Positions 63,870 through 64,000 of a stretch of 64,000 nt of DNA are shown in pieces. Source of the DNA: Narcine bancroftii. Lineage: Eukaryota. The notes under the pieces are model-generated. The model had not been told where the DNA came from and searched no databases. It worked only from the letters and a program-made list of their open reading frames with translations. Every line of letters starts with the position of its first letter. Position 1 is the first letter of the stretch. The stretch covers positions 85,746,001 through 85,810,000 of the forward strand of contig NC_091481.1 of the NCBI RefSeq assembly GCF_036971445.1, written 5' to 3'. The position numbers and the translations under genes are program-made.

Positions 63870-64000
63870 GGGGGGGGCAGGGAGAGAAGGAGAGGGGGGC
63901 AGGGAGAGAAGGAGAGGGGGGCAGGGAGAGAAGGAGAGGGGGGCAGGGAGAGGAGGAGAGGGGGGCAGGGAGAGAAGGAGAGGGGGGGGCTGGGAGAGAA
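63870..64000. repeat. 22-bp purine-rich tandem repeat GGGGGGCAGGGAGAGAAGGAGA, running off the window
   Basis: Directly visible. Confidence 0.95.

Overview
Vertebrate nuclear DNA, most likely from a cartilaginous fish (inferred from the repeat content: HE1-like tRNA SINEs, CR1/HER1-like, RTE, Rex1, Penelope-like remnants and L1). I reconstructed four spliced protein-coding genes by hand. SYMPK (minus strand) has 10 coding exons here and continues off the left edge. GEMIN7 (plus) has one coding exon. YIF1B (plus) has 8 coding exons, 300 aa. ACTMAP/C19orf54 (minus) has 6 coding exons, 341 aa. A probable first exon of a further plus-strand gene lies at the right edge. Highlights: (1) a full-length L1 with target-site duplication (TSD) in SYMPK intron 8, whose ORF1 is split at an in-frame A-AAA-AAC slippery heptamer and whose inter-ORF spacer is structured; (2) about 20 Penelope-type minimal hammerhead-ribozyme-like motifs, some in inverted cassettes; (3) a U12 minor intron in ACTMAP and a GC-AG intron in SYMPK; (4) sense-strand G-rich minisatellites just inside intron 1 of three transcription units; (5) an ACTMAP stop codon supplied by an antisense Rex1 tail; (6) apparently overlapping 5' ends at the right-hand CpG island. 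Gene identities come from recalled protein motifs, not database searches, and repeat boundaries are approximate.
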